NCBI RefSeq assembly: GCF_006345805.1
Contig: NC_043026.1
Location: 372,001-436,000 of the forward strand
Reading direction: 5' to 3'
DNA from: Octopus sinensis
Lineage: Eukaryota
DNA: 64,000 nucleotides
The notes beneath the pieces were generated by a model. The model ran no database searches and had not been told where the DNA came from. It worked only from the letters and a program-made list of their open reading frames with translations. Positions within the stretch are counted from its first letter, which is position 1, and every line of letters begins with the position of its first letter. A program made the position numbers and the translations under genes. Below, in pieces: positions 39,635 through 51,767 of the stretch.

Positions 39635-42600
39635 GTTAAAGAGGACAACAAACGTCAAAGCATCTCAAGTCATATACATTTGACTATCCTCTATATCGGA
39701 AATTTACAATTCACATTGCTTGGTGAGGAGGGTGTGTATTGGACACCATGCGGGATGAAAAACGAAACCCGTCAAAGGGCGGAGGACCTCTTGAGAGTCA
39801 ATGGCCATCCAATAAATGTATTAAGGATGTATCATGCGTGGGGACATAGAAATAATCGAACTGAATACCCGATCACGCTGTTAAACCATTGGGAGTGAAG
39901 GACTTCTAGCCTTTGATAAGCATCCTTCTAGGAGAAGGTAGCTCAGGTAACTGGGATAACTCCGATGTAAAACTGCGGCTCAGTGGTTACCGATGATGTT
40001 GACTTGTTCTTCTTTTCGGATTATGACTGCTGTTGCTTAGTGAGTGGGATTGACTCAGTGCACAGCCTTTCCTCACTTTAAAAAAAATTCTTCTTGCACA
40101 GGCATTGCACAATAACAACATTGATTAAGCTTCGTGAAATGGCCATACTCGATAACAAGGGGGCAGCCACCATGTATATATGTATGCATATTCTTGTGTT
40201 TGTGTGTGTGTTTGTTTGTGTGTGTGTTTGTATGTGTATGTGCTTGTGGGATGGGGTGTATCTGCATGTAATGGAGCTAAAAACGAATGTATTATTTGGG
40301 TATTGCAGAAAATTATTAATACATTGTGTCATACAACTCGGCAAGCAATAACACGAGATCTTAAGTAATACTATGAAATAACAAGTTTACGTAACACTTC
40401 CAGTTCTTGAGGTCATACTGTATTGAAGGTTAAGTGATATATACCAGATAGTATCATGGTAGCATATGAGACTTTTAAGTAAAGTGTAATTAATTATATT
40501 ATATGATTCATTTAGAGATAGCAAGATACGTCAAATAAGCAAATACAATCATTCATCAACAGATGCTTGCGTAGTAAACTTAAAATTATATGACCCGAAC
40601 ACACAAGCAATATGGAGCTATGGCAAAGAACAAATCAATTTTCGATTAGGGAGTAAATATTTAAGAAAAAGAGGTAGTAGATTCGTAGCACGATTATAAA
40701 AGACACACCAAATATAGCGAAAAGTGCTTTACAGTGTAATCCGGATGGATATAGAAAGAAAGGTAGGCCTAAGATCTCATGGCGTAGATCAACACAGAAG
40801 GAACTAGAGAAAGGGGGACGTTCATGGCAGAATATAAGTACAGAAGTGAAAAATTATGCGACATGGAATTCAATTATGAGTGGCCTATACTCCGCATTGG
40901 AGGGTTAAAGGCAGGAAAAAAAAACATACGTATGGAGCGAGTGACCAATCAAAGTCATTAATTTCGCATGTTAAACAGATTAATTTCGGTCAAGAGAATT
41001 ACGAAGTAAAAATGAGAGTGGACATTAAGCTAACAGTGAAGGAAATACATATTGAATTACCTCGATCTATTTAACTTGACCATTTCTTTTTATTATGTGT
41101 GTATGTGCGTGCGTGTGTGGTTGTAAGCGTATGTGGTTGTAAGTGTGTGCTACATGCTCATTTATTTTACAGGTGAAACTGTTGATTTATAAAAACAAAA
41201 CAGATGTGGTAACTATAATATTTGATGGACGAAATACAACCCTTCGAAGCTGGTTCTCTCACGAAAAGTTGAAAAATTCACCGTGGAACGACCTAGCTTC
41301 AGCCACCGGAGTTCATTTCTCAATTGAGGGATTTAGGTATGCAAATATATATTTCATCTTCTTTTATTTTGTTATGTAGAGACCTATATTGTTAAAATAT
41401 GTCACTTTACGTACGCTATAGATAAATTTTAACACTATACATTTCGACGCGACACTTTCTGGTGATGAACAACGCATCTCTAGGCTTTCAACATTATATC
41501 TTCAATTATTATAACATACAGAATGCAAATTTAAACTAATACTGCTTCCGTCCGTAATAATGAAATATATTCTGCCTCTCGACTAACAGCAACGCAGGTG
41601 ATTTGTTAATCACTGTTTTTCTAAACCGAAACTAAATAGGTCTGCGCATGCGGATGTCAATGACTACTTCATATTGAAGTTTTGAAAGAAACAGGAATAC
41701 GTACAGCGGGAAGACCGAAAATGTCTTGAAAGTCATAACATGCCGGCGGGAAATAACATCATTAGGTGAGACGAGCTGACACTGGATCAGCTTCGCTGAC
41801 TGACAGGTGACGGTCCTTTAGAGAATGCGCGGGCTAAAACTACGCGCCTTCACTAGTCAGTTAAGGTGAGACAGTGTCACGTGACAAGTTGCTGCGGCTG
41901 CCTGCTGGAGCCTCGCGGTAGGTATTTAAAGGGAGAGTTTTGACAAGTCTATCAGTCACCGGCTGACACTCGCTGACGATACATCGAAGAGGCCAGGGAA
42001 CAGAAGAAAGAAGACATGCACCCAACACCCGAGCTGAAGACATCCCCGAGAGGGCGGGAGCATCCCGCCACGTCAAAACGGTAGAGGAGTAGGGGCCGAA
42101 ACCGAACGTGGTTCCTCCTGATGATGTCTTGAGCTAACTGGATCCTACATAGGATATATTTCCGTATTTTTAACAACACACTTTTAAATTAAATGTTTTC
42201 CAGTGACAAACAGCTCAGTTTCCTGGATTTCACATCAAGAAGCATGTTTCAAAGTGGTAAACACGAAAATATATTTTCACCTTAATGTGCTCTTTTACTT
42301 GTTTCAGTCATTTGACAGTGGCCATGCTGGAGCACTGCCTTTAGTCGAGCAAATCGACGCCAGGACTTATTTTTTGTAAGCGTAGTACTAATTCGATCGG
42401 TCTCTTTTGCCGAACCGCTAGGTTACCGTTGTCAAGGCATGTTGGGGCGACAAACACAGACACACACAAACAGACACACACACACACACAAATACACACA
42501 CACAAATATTCTCATACACACACATACATACACACACGCACACACACATATATACATATATACGACGGGCTTCTTTCAGTTTCCCTCTACCAAATCCGCT

Positions 42601-43705
42601 CACAAGGCTTTGGTCGGCCCGAGACTACCGTAGAAGACACTTGCCCAAGGTGCTACACAGTAGGACTGAACCCGGAAGGATGTTGTTGGTAAGCAAGCTA
42701 CTTACCACACAGCCACTTTACCATAATTATATTTATTTGTATGTTTTGGGTTTAGATATTTTTATGTTCCGTTATAATATTTCTTTTGACTAGAATTCAT
42801 TTTATATTTATTTAGCGCTTTGATAAGATGTTTAATACAGGAAAATGTTATCGCTCGTATATTTGTGGCCGTTTGTGGATTTATTTATTTTTGTACCAAA
42901 GTGTTTGCCTCGTGTGTAATTTCGCCTTTGTTGGTGTATTGATATTTGCGCATTTCCGCGTGTTTGTGTGAGCATGTGTGTGTGTATGTGTGTGTGTGTG
43001 CGTACGTGTGTGTGTGCGTGTTTCGGTGCATATGTGTGTTTTTATGTGTGTGAGTGTTTAAACCCCCATCTTTGCGTTTATACACATTTAGTATGATACA
43101 CAGATGGCTATTTTTAATTAAACACTGACTAATTCAATTGCGTGTAGCGGACATACTAGTCTATTTAATACATGTTTAGATTTTCACATTCTGAAACCCA
43201 AACAAGTTTTTTTTTCTTTTTCTCCTTAGACATGTACGTCGATTTTATATAACATTACATGGTTTTTGTGAAGGGGACAGAGGCTGGTTGACCATCAATG
43301 AGGGACCACTTCACTGTCAGTTCGAAGAGTCAGATCACTACCCTTCAATTCGTTATTCTGATACAAAATCGAAAGTCATATGGAACAACGGTAAGTGATA
43401 TTGTATATTCTGCGTGTGTGTGTGCGTGTGTGTGTGTGCGTGTGTCTTACTGTGAGTAGTAGTACTAAAAGTAAATTTTGTAATTATTGTTTAGCTGCCA
43501 ATCAGGCTTGATTGAGCTGATTTATGAATAAAAGCATTCTGACCGAGAATCGACTGCTCTTTCTAGTAATTCGAGTGACCACGTATAAAGCCCTCCCACG
43601 ATATATTTGAATGTCTTTTGTTGTTGATGTTGTTATTTGTTACTTGCAGGTTATGCATTAGCAGACTCCATGGCCATATTCATCCGCCTGAGGCAGCAGA
43701 ACTAA
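32553..43705 (+). CDS. G3: intact five-exon gene, secreted ~296-aa protein (signal peptide + degenerate PAN/Apple-like module + uncharacterised C-terminal domain)
   Basis: Exons 32553-32883, 35134-35312, 41173-41336, 43230-43390, 43650-43705 (331+179+164+161+56 = 891 nt). All introns are GT..AG with compatible phases and there is no internal stop. The protein starts [27 protein letters not shown] (hydrophobic leader), contains [31 protein letters not shown] (PAN-like C..FTYN...C) and ends [24 protein letters not shown] follows at ~43805 and ~43952. Exon sizes are conserved in all paralogs. Confidence 0.85.
32990..33110 (-). mobile_element. R4/Dong-like RT fragment
   Basis: [36 protein letters not shown] (cf. 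RLY..R..GGRGL). Confidence 0.6.
33290..33680 (+). mobile_element. Gypsy-type LTR retrotransposon gag/protease relic
   Basis: [24 protein letters not shown] (degenerate CCHC) followed by [21 protein letters not shown] (aspartic protease DTG). Confidence 0.7.
34095..34625 (+). mobile_element. SINE family A multimer (G3 intron 1)
   Basis: Head plus about 2.5 tandem bodies. Confidence 0.8.
34690..35000 (-). mobile_element. R4/Dong-like RT fragment
   Basis: [18 protein letters not shown]…[25 protein letters not shown]. Confidence 0.6.
35134..35312 (+). CDS. G3 exon 2
   Basis: TTTCAG|AT acceptor, GAG|GTATGT donor. Encodes (N)[59 protein letters not shown]. Confidence 0.85.
35800..36100 (+). mobile_element. 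RTE-clade LINE 3' fragment (independent)
   Basis: Broken frame TVRTQIKS…[17 protein letters not shown]…[10 protein letters not shown]. Confidence 0.55.
36345..36860. mobile_element. Tail-to-tail inverted pair of Penelope-like termini around a (TA)n tract
   Basis: ~36345-36547 and ~36647-36857 are diverged reverse complements, and each has a hammerhead-like motif. Confidence 0.6.
37211..37607 (+). mobile_element. Non-autonomous Helentron-like (DINE-1/HINE-type) element
   Basis: Starts TAGCAGTATCGCCCGGCTTTGCTCGGG (subterminal hairpin), has an internal tandem duplication, and ends TTTTATATATAAAGAT. Confidence 0.6.
37880..38737 (+). mobile_element. Possible second HINE-like element
   Basis: 3' hairpin AGGCAGAT-AAA-ATCTGCCT followed by TTTATAATAAGAGAT, with an internal diverged repeat (~38220 and ~38575). 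The 5' boundary is uncertain. Confidence 0.4.
38880..39292 (-). mobile_element. SINE family B, independent insertion in G3 intron 2
   Basis: Same head and tail as 10752-11160; retains an internal segment that the duplicated copies lack. Confidence 0.8.
39455..39499 (+). ncRNA. Minimal type I hammerhead ribozyme motif (Penelope-type terminus)
   Basis: UGAAC [stem I] CUGAAGA U UGC-loop-GCA U GAA AGUACU A GUUCA [stem I']. Canonical CUGANGA/GAAA/UH core with palindromic stem III, followed by AATAAA and (TA)n. Confidence 0.65.
40715..40905 (+). mobile_element. RTE-clade LINE 3' fragment
   Basis: [34 protein letters not shown] resembles the RTE C-terminal WNPQGKRKRGRP..TWRR. Duplicates at ~1775, 12640(-), 25310, 31100, 47130, 57820(-). 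Confidence 0.7.
41173..41336 (+). CDS. G3 exon 3
   Basis: TTTTACAG|GTG acceptor, AG|GTATGC donor. Encodes [54 protein letters not shown]. Confidence 0.85.
41875..42208 (+). mobile_element. Probable solo LTR copy in G3 intron 3 (internal ~90-bp deletion, empty target site)
   Basis: Homologous to 11240-11661. Confidence 0.55.
43230..43390 (+). CDS. G3 exon 4
   Basis: Polypyrimidine tract + TTAG| acceptor, G|GTAAGT donor. Encodes [53 protein letters not shown]. Confidence 0.85.
43650..43705 (+). CDS. G3 exon 5 (coding part)
   Basis: TTGCAG| acceptor. Encodes (G)[17 protein letters not shown] ending in TAA. Confidence 0.8.
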
Positions 43706-44197
43706 CCCAGCACTTGATATCCATTGATACTATTGATGTTGTTAACGTCCATCCAATCCAGTTGACCACCACTGGTGATCCACATAAGTCACGTTTTACC
43801 TTTTAATAAAGAATCCATACAAATATTCTATCCAACATCGGTCTTTGAAGTTGTGATTCTCTTTCTCTCATTCCAGCTGTTGTTGTTGTTCACATTCACC
43901 CAATCCAGCTGACCACCACTGGTGATCCACACAAGTCACGATTTACCTGTTAATAAAGAATCCACATAAATATTGTATCCAACATCGGTCTTTTGAGTTG
44001 TGATTCTTTTTCTCTCTTTCTGAGAGCTGTTGTTGTTGTTCCAGTTCACGACTGTCCTGACTATATGTAAAAGAGATGTGTGTGTATGTGTGCGTGCCAA
44101 AGTGCACGTATATACGTGCATGCGCGCCCATGCGTACGTGCATGCGTTGTGCGTGTGTGTAGATATCTGCGGTTTTATCTCTGTGATGTTGGGGAAA

Positions 44198-44773
44198 GCT
44201 GGCAGAAACGTTAGCACGCCGAGCGAAATGCTTAGCAGTATTTCGTCTGCCGCTACGTTCTGAGTTCAAATTCCGCAGAGGTCGACTTTACCTTTCATCC
44301 TTTCGGGGTCGATTAAATAAGTATCAATTACGCACTGGGGTCGATATAATCGACTTTGTCGATATAATCCGTTTGTCTGTCCTTGTTTGTCTCCTCTGTG
44401 TTTAGCCCAGGTATTTCGTCTGCTGCTACGTTCTGGGTTCATATTCCGCCGAGGCCCACTTTGCCTTTCATCCTTTCAGGGTCGATAAATTAAGTACCAG
44501 TTACGCACTGGGGTCGATATGATCGACTTAATCCGTTTGTCTGTCCTTGTTTGTCCCCTCTGTGTTTATCCCCTTGTGGGTAATAAAAAAATAGATATGT
44601 CGTCTGCGCTACTTTCTGAGTTCAAATTCCGCTGAGGTCGACTTTACCTTTCATCCGTTCGGGGTCGATTAAATAAGTATCAATTACGCACTGGGGTCGA
44701 TATAACCGACTTAATCCGTTTGTATGTCCTTGTTTGTCCCTTCTGTGTTTAACCCCTTGTGGGTAGTAAAGAA
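44198..44773 (+). mobile_element. SINE family A trimer
   Basis: Homology to 25826-26056. Confidence 0.8.
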
Positions 44774-44774
44774 A

Positions 44775-45750
44775 GAGGATGTGGGGGAAAGCTTTCAGCA
44801 GATCAAATAGATCAGAACAATGATATAAAGGAAAGTGAAAAAATATCCGGCGTTTCGCCGAAACAGTCTTTCGGTTGGTCGCTCTAGCTTCATCAGTGGC
44901 GTGTTAAAGTGTGGTACGCTTCTGATTTCGTGACCGACGTTTCACTTTGATCTCTCTCCAGTTTCCATTCTCGTGTTACAGAACAAACGTGGCAGCTCTC
45001 CTGGAAGTGTGCACCAAGGGAAAATATGGATCAGTGAAACTGCTTCTCTAATCTGAATATGTGTCAGGGGCTGCAATTCTTCGCAGGCTTTCAATACAAT
45101 TAAGGAACAGCGCTCTACTGCGTAGAAGTATTTACGAGAAGAGCGAGAAGTTTTAAATGGCCGGACAAGCGTGAAATACGAGCAGTGATAAGGACACCCA
45201 TTAACCGTCACCGGTGACGTGGAGATTTAACAATTTACAGAAATGCTTCTGGCGAACCAACGATTGCCCATTGATGAGATGGCTTATTCTCTGCAAATTA
45301 TTATGGTTCTGCATCCGCGACAAGCTTCGGTTCTGCAGAGTTAGTGCGAGAAGGGCGCCAAGAGAGCGTTTCGATGTGAATAAACGCAATCGTGTGAATC
45401 TTTGTCAATTCTAACTCGAAAGCTTCAGCGATGAAACTAAAGTTGTTTTGAGGGAGCGTAGACACGATTGATGAAATCGGGGCCCATAACTTTGAGCCAG
45501 AATCCAAAAGGTTTAGTATGAAGCGGAAACGAAACGAATCACCAGTGGAAAAGAAATTCAAGATTCAACCTTCGGCAGAAAAATGTGATGGTAAGCGTTT
45601 TGGGGATGCAAAAGTGTCTATATTGCAACATTGTCCCTTAGATGAGGTCTACAGTGAAATTTTGGTTAACAAAGGGAAACCAGCAATTCGTAACAAACGC
45701 CGATGTCTATTATTGTAAGACAAATCACGCCCATATTCAGCCACCCACAC

Positions 45751-45752
<2 letters not shown>
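44775..45752 (+). mobile_element. Decayed mariner-type DNA transposon (transposase relic)
   Basis: Frame-broken translation VAALLEVCTK…NGRTSVK…RDKLRFCRVSARRAP (WVP motif region)…TIDE…HNFEPESKRFSM…KKFKIQPSA…KPAIRNKRR. The 29476 copy reads DNARPYSA. Truncated by (GATA)n. Confidence 0.85.
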
Positions 45753-45832
<80 letters not shown>

Positions 45833-46962
45833 TGATAAAGCAATAGATAGATAGATAGTTAGATTACCTTATAATAAAGCACCGTTAATTCCTAAGATAC
45901 ATGTAAAAACATGCAGAGTGAAACTGGTGTGAACTGTTCGTGTTATGCTTCGATGTCTGTAACTGTTTGCGTGTTTATTTGTAATGAAATGAAGAAAATT
46001 ATCTATTAACACATCAACTATCAATGGTTGAAATTAAGAGTGTACACAGGTCAGGACTAGGTTCTTGTTCCATCATCCACGGTGATTGATTTCAATGATT
46101 TCCTATAATGAAAGTCTTCGGTATAGCGACCTCAATTGTTCTGCTTTTATATCTCCACTCACAGAAACACCAACATCACATCACGCTATCACCAGGTATT
46201 AAAACTACAACGTCACTATCACAAACACCGCAACAGCCTTACTGCTAACATCGGAACGACGTCAGTAACCACACAGCCGTATTTTCTGCGAGCTTAGTGA
46301 AACGCATGTCTCTATTGAAGGCCCTTTTATTCTTCATAGCAATCAAAGGAGACATATTGGAAAATCTGGTTTATTTTCACTTCTGTGGAGAAACAGTCAT
46401 ATTAGTAAACAGTCTTGAACTGAGTTGAAGGTTCTGTGTTTTGCTCATTTATGGACAGTCTATACGGTTTGATTATTTATGGACAGGCCTAAGTCTGTAA
46501 GTAATACTGATAAGAGAAATTAGGAGAGAAAGCAGTGGCCAGTACTGACAGATACGAAGTGTTCAGACATCTGAAGACACAACTGTGGGTAATAGAGGGT
46601 AATATTGACGGGAGAAGACAGTAAGGGGAGCAGGGAAAAAGTTGTGACATTCACGAACCATCCTCACAAGAGGTCCTTACAGAACCACCTGAAGTGTGCG
46701 CTCTCCGCCCTACCTCACTGAAAGTATGTGTGCTTTCTATCACATTGCATTTTATGTGTTCGGGTATGTGTTATGGCTAGGATATGTTGCAGTTAAGATT
46801 AGAGTGTGTGTGTCTGTGACAACAGTTGAAATAAGGGTGATTCTGCGTGCAAACGCCAATCTTGCGCTCTTCCAATTGTTGTATCGAGTAAACGCTCTCT
46901 CTCTCTCTCTCTCTTTCACACACACATACACACTGTTTCCCTCCCCTTCTTCTCTCTCACAG

Positions 46963-47023
<61 letters not shown>

Positions 47024-47024
47024 C

Positions 47025-47091
<67 letters not shown>

Positions 47092-47587
47092 TGTATGTAC
47101 TTACATACATACAGACAGACACCAAATATAGCGAAAAGTGCTTTACAGTGTAATCCGGATAGATATAGAAAGAAAGGTAGGCCTAAGATCTCATGGCGTA
47201 GATCAACACAGAAGGAACTAGAGAAAGGGGGACATTCATAGAAGAGTATAAGTACAGAAGTGAAAAATTATGCGACATGGAATTCAACTCTAAGTGGCCT
47301 ATACTCCGCGTTGGAGGGTTAAAGGCAGGAAAAAAAAACATACGTATGGAGCGAGTGACCAATCAAAGTCATTAATTTCGCATGTTAAACAGATTAATTT
47401 CGGTCAAGAGAATTATGAAGTAAAAATGAGAGTGGACATTAAGCTAAGAGTGAAGGAAATACATATTGAATTACCTGGATCTATTTAACTTGAGCCATTT
47501 CTTTTTATTATGTGTGTATGTGCGTGCGTGTGTGGTCGTAAGCGTATGTGGTTGTATGTGTGTGCTACATGCTCATTTATTTTACAG

Positions 47588-47750
47588 GTGAAACTGGTGA
47601 TTTATAAAAACCATACAGATGTGGTAACTATAATATTTGATGGACGAAATACAACCCTTCAAAGCTGGTTCTCTCACGAAAAGTTGAAAAATTCACCGTG
47701 GAACAACCTAGCTTCAGCCACCGAGTTCAATTCTCAATTGAGGGATATCA
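47588..47750 (+). pseudogene. Orphan exon 3 (1-bp deletion)
   Basis: Duplicate of 2232-2395, 163 nt; GCCACCGAG instead of GCCACCGGAG. Confidence 0.75.
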
Positions 47751-48384
47751 GTATGCAAATATATTTTTCATCATCTTTTATTTTGTTATGTAGAGACCTA
47801 TAGTGTTAAAAAAAGTCACTTTACGTACGCTATAGATAAATTTTAACACTATACATTTCGACGCGACACTTTCTGGGGATGAACAACGCATCTCTAGGCT
47901 TTCAACATTATATCTTCATTTATTATAATATACAGAATGCAATTTTGAACTAATACTGCTTCCGCCCGTAATAATGAAATACATCCTGCCTCTTGACTAA
48001 CAGCAACGCTGGTGATTTGTTAATCACTGTTTTTCTATACCGAGGCTAAATAGGTCTGCGCATGCGGTTGTCAATGACTACTTCATATTGAAGTTTTGAA
48101 AGAAACAGGAATACGTACAGCGGGAAGACCGAAAATGTCTTGAAAGTCATAACGTGCCGGCGGGAAATAACATCATTAGGTGAGACGAGCTGACACTGAA
48201 TCAGCTTCGCTGACTGACAGGTGACGGTCGTTTAGAGAATGCGCGGGCTAAAACTACGCACATTCACTAGTCAGTTAAGGTGAGACAGTGTCACGTGACA
48301 ACTTTCTGCTGCTTCCTGCTGGAGCCTCGGGGTCAGTTATTTAAAGGGAGAATTTTGACAAGTCTGTCAGTCAACGGCTGACAC

Positions 48385-49984
48385 CGGTTTGGAGTGGTTG
48401 GTTTTTTGCGAGCTGCTGACTGTTCGTTGAGCGTCGAATTTGTTGTTGTTGTTGAACGTTTCGGTTTGAGGTTTTTTTTTATCGTTGTCTGTCTGTGTTG
48501 AGACAGACAACGATAAAAAAGGGACTGCCCCTCCCTAACGGGAGAGATGGCAGGAAGAAATTTGTTTGAAAGTTTGTCGGAATTGTCAACGTCTGAGGAG
48601 GAACTAGAAAGAGCAGTGAAAAGAATGGATAAGAAGCTTGAAAATACGTATGCAGGAGTAACGAAGAAGAAGTCGGAAGAAAAGGGGATAGACCAGGTTA
48701 AACTGCCAGGTTTCCAGGAATTTATGAAAGACGAAGACGGTGAAGTCGAACTGTCACCACCAACAAAGCGTGGGGAGTGGTTCGAACGCAGGACCGTCAA
48801 ATATAGAATGTAAGATAGTAAGCATGGAAATTATTGAAGAGGCGCTAAAACAGACAGAGGAGGAAATTGTTTATTTGACAAGAGGAATGGAATACGGTAC
48901 AGCGACGGTGCAATATAGGAGCGAGAGTGTCGCAAGAAAAATGGCAGCCAAGGCAGTAAGAACGGAGAAGGTGTACCTACTACCTTTCGTACCTAAACAG
49001 GAGAACTACGAGAATTAGGGTGGAGGGAATTATCCCACACCTAGAGGGAGAATATATAGCAGCAGCTGTGATTAAAGGAAATGAAGAAAAGGTGGACATC
49101 CTCCATGCCACCATAAAATATGAAGGCTGGAGGGGTGCTACCCTGGACATGAACGTACAGGCGGAGATCAAAACGCTAGAAGGATTAACAGAAGATATAA
49201 GAATGGGAAACATCATCATGAGAGTGTGGGTGGAGGGCAGGGCCCCGCGCTGTTATAAGTGTGGTCAGAGAGGCCACATAAGAGCCAACTGCCCTCCCCC
49301 ACCAAAGGAAAAGGAAATCGTTGCGGAACCCCAAAAAGAGGAAGAAACGAAAGAAGAAGAGAACCATACAGAAGAAGAGGAGATCCAGCAAGAGTGGGAA
49401 GAAGGAAGCAAAAGAAGAAAGAGAAGAAGGAGAAAAGCAAACAGTACGGAACCCCAATCCACCCCAAAACCACCCTCACCCTCTGAGTCCCACCCTTCCC
49501 CTGCAGACAGTGAACCCACCAACAAGAAAACAGAAAAAAGATACACACAGTCAAGACACTAAAAAAGAACCCAGGCCCAGCGTTTTATGTATTGCAGGAA
49601 ATGAGGAGATAAAAGAGACAATGACGGACTACCAATGGTGTGATGGGGGAGGGAAAAGATGTGCAGTAATTCCAAAGGAACAATTGGATGAGTTTATGGA
49701 AAGGTGCGAAAGGATGAACTGGGGAATAATTGAAGTGGATATGGAGGAAGAGATAAAAGAATTGGAAGAGAGATTTGAGAGAAGGATAGAGGTGAAGACA
49801 TATTTTATTAGGGCTGAGCAAGACTGAAGTACAGGTAAGTGATGCTAGCGGATGCGGCCGTTAGCACCACTTTCATATATCATTTTCATTGATTCATTTT
49901 ACCCATAACTGTGTAATTGTGATGTTCTATGTCCCCAATGTTTGTAGCGTCCCCTCTATGTAGCCCTTAGTGCGTAATAAAAAA
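48385..49984 (+). mobile_element. Second copy of the ORF1-only zinc-knuckle retroelement
   Basis: ATG at 48547 to stop at 49827 with frameshifts. TSD TCAGTCA(A/C)CGGCTGACAC at 48367-48384 and 49985-50002. Confidence 0.75.
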
Positions 49985-50618
49985 TCAGTCACCGGCTGAC
50001 ACTCGCTGACGAAACATCGAAGAGGCCAGGGAACAGAAGAAAGAAGACATGCACACAACACCAGAGCTGAAGACATCCCCGAGAGGGCGGGGGCATTCCG
50101 CCACGTCAAAGCGGTAGCGGAGTAGGGGCCGAAACCGAACGTGGTTCCTCCTGATGATGTCTTGAGATAACTGGATCCTACATAGGGGCTGTTGTGGTAG
50201 CACACCACGAAACACGGTTGTAATTTCTCCTAGCAATTCCACCGCCGACGAAAAAGGTTATTTCTCTATGGCTAATATATTTCCGTATTTTTAACAACAC
50301 ACTTTTATATTAAATGTTTTCCCGTGACAAACAGCTCAGTTTCCTGGATTTCACATCAAGAAGCATGTTTCAAAGTGGGAAACACGAAAATATATTTTCA
50401 CCTTAATGTGCTCTTTTACTTATTTCAGTCATTTGACTGTGGCCAAGCTGGAGCACTGCCTTTAATCGAGCAAATCGAACCCAGGATTTATTTATTGTAA
50501 GCGTAGTACTTATTCGATCGGGTTCTTTTGCCGAACCGCTAAGTTACGGTTGTCAAGGGATGTTGGGGCGACAAACACACACACACATACACTAACACAC
50601 ACATACACACACACACAT

Positions 50619-50667
<49 letters not shown>

Positions 50668-51480
50668 AACATACACATACACACACACACACACACACCT
50701 TCACAAATATATATATATACATATATACGACGGGCTTCTTTCAGTTTCCGTCTACCAAATCCACTCACAAGGCTTTGGTCGGCCCGAGGCTATAGTAGAA
50801 GACACTTGCCCAAGGTGCTACGCAGTAGGACTGAACCCGGAAGCATGTGGTTGGTAAGCAAGCTACTTACCACACAGCCACTTTACCATAATTTTATTTA
50901 TTTGTATGTGTTGGGTGTAAATATTTTTATGTTCCGCTATATTAGACCCTGAATCAGTTCAATGCTTCACTCTTGCAACTCCTACGACGACGCTGATAGG
51001 AGACTGCAACGTTCCTTGCTGTTCTTTTGGATCCATCAATGATGCAGAGAGCAGGGACACACGGCTTGGGTAACAACCTGTCCTCCATGCCACAAGAACC
51101 AGGCTTGGGTTAAATCGAACTCTCTGTACTAGAGGGGTAAAACCGGACAACACAGCGGAGAGAAAGAACCTAAAAACTCAAACAGCATAGGAACAACCTA
51201 CAAGTGATACTGGCAACTGAGCATAGATCTGTTCAGACCAGATGAGGCTTTTCCAGTTGGTAGTAATTCTAGGGCCTTCATTCATGACCATTAATAACAG
51301 GGACCACAGAATATAGGCGCAGGCAGAGCTGTAAGATTAAGGAGATCGCTTGGTAATCACATGCTTCCCGGTTCAATCCCACTGAGCGGCTACTTGGGCA
51401 AGTATCTTCTAGTATTGGCCCGGCCAACAAATGCCTAGAGAGGGAATCTGGTAGCCGGAAAGTATGTGGAAGCCCTTTGC

Positions 51481-51520
<40 letters not shown>

Positions 51521-51734
51521 ATCTATCTATCTCTCTATCTCTCTATCTATCTAACTATCTATCTATCTGTCTGTCTGCTTGCCTGCCTATCTGTCTGCCT
51601 GCCTATCTGTCTATCTATCTGTCTGTCTGTCTATCTGTATGTATGTATGTATATATATTTACATACATACATATATATATATAATATATTTAGCTAGTTA
51701 GGTAGCTATGAGAGAGAACAAGGGGAGGGAAACA

Positions 51735-51767
<33 letters not shown>

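Noticed and set aside
44775-45752. Six mariner copies as an active transposition burst or a domesticated SETMAR-like gene
   Set aside because: All copies share the same flanks, truncation and many stops/frameshifts, so they were copied passively with the segmental duplications.
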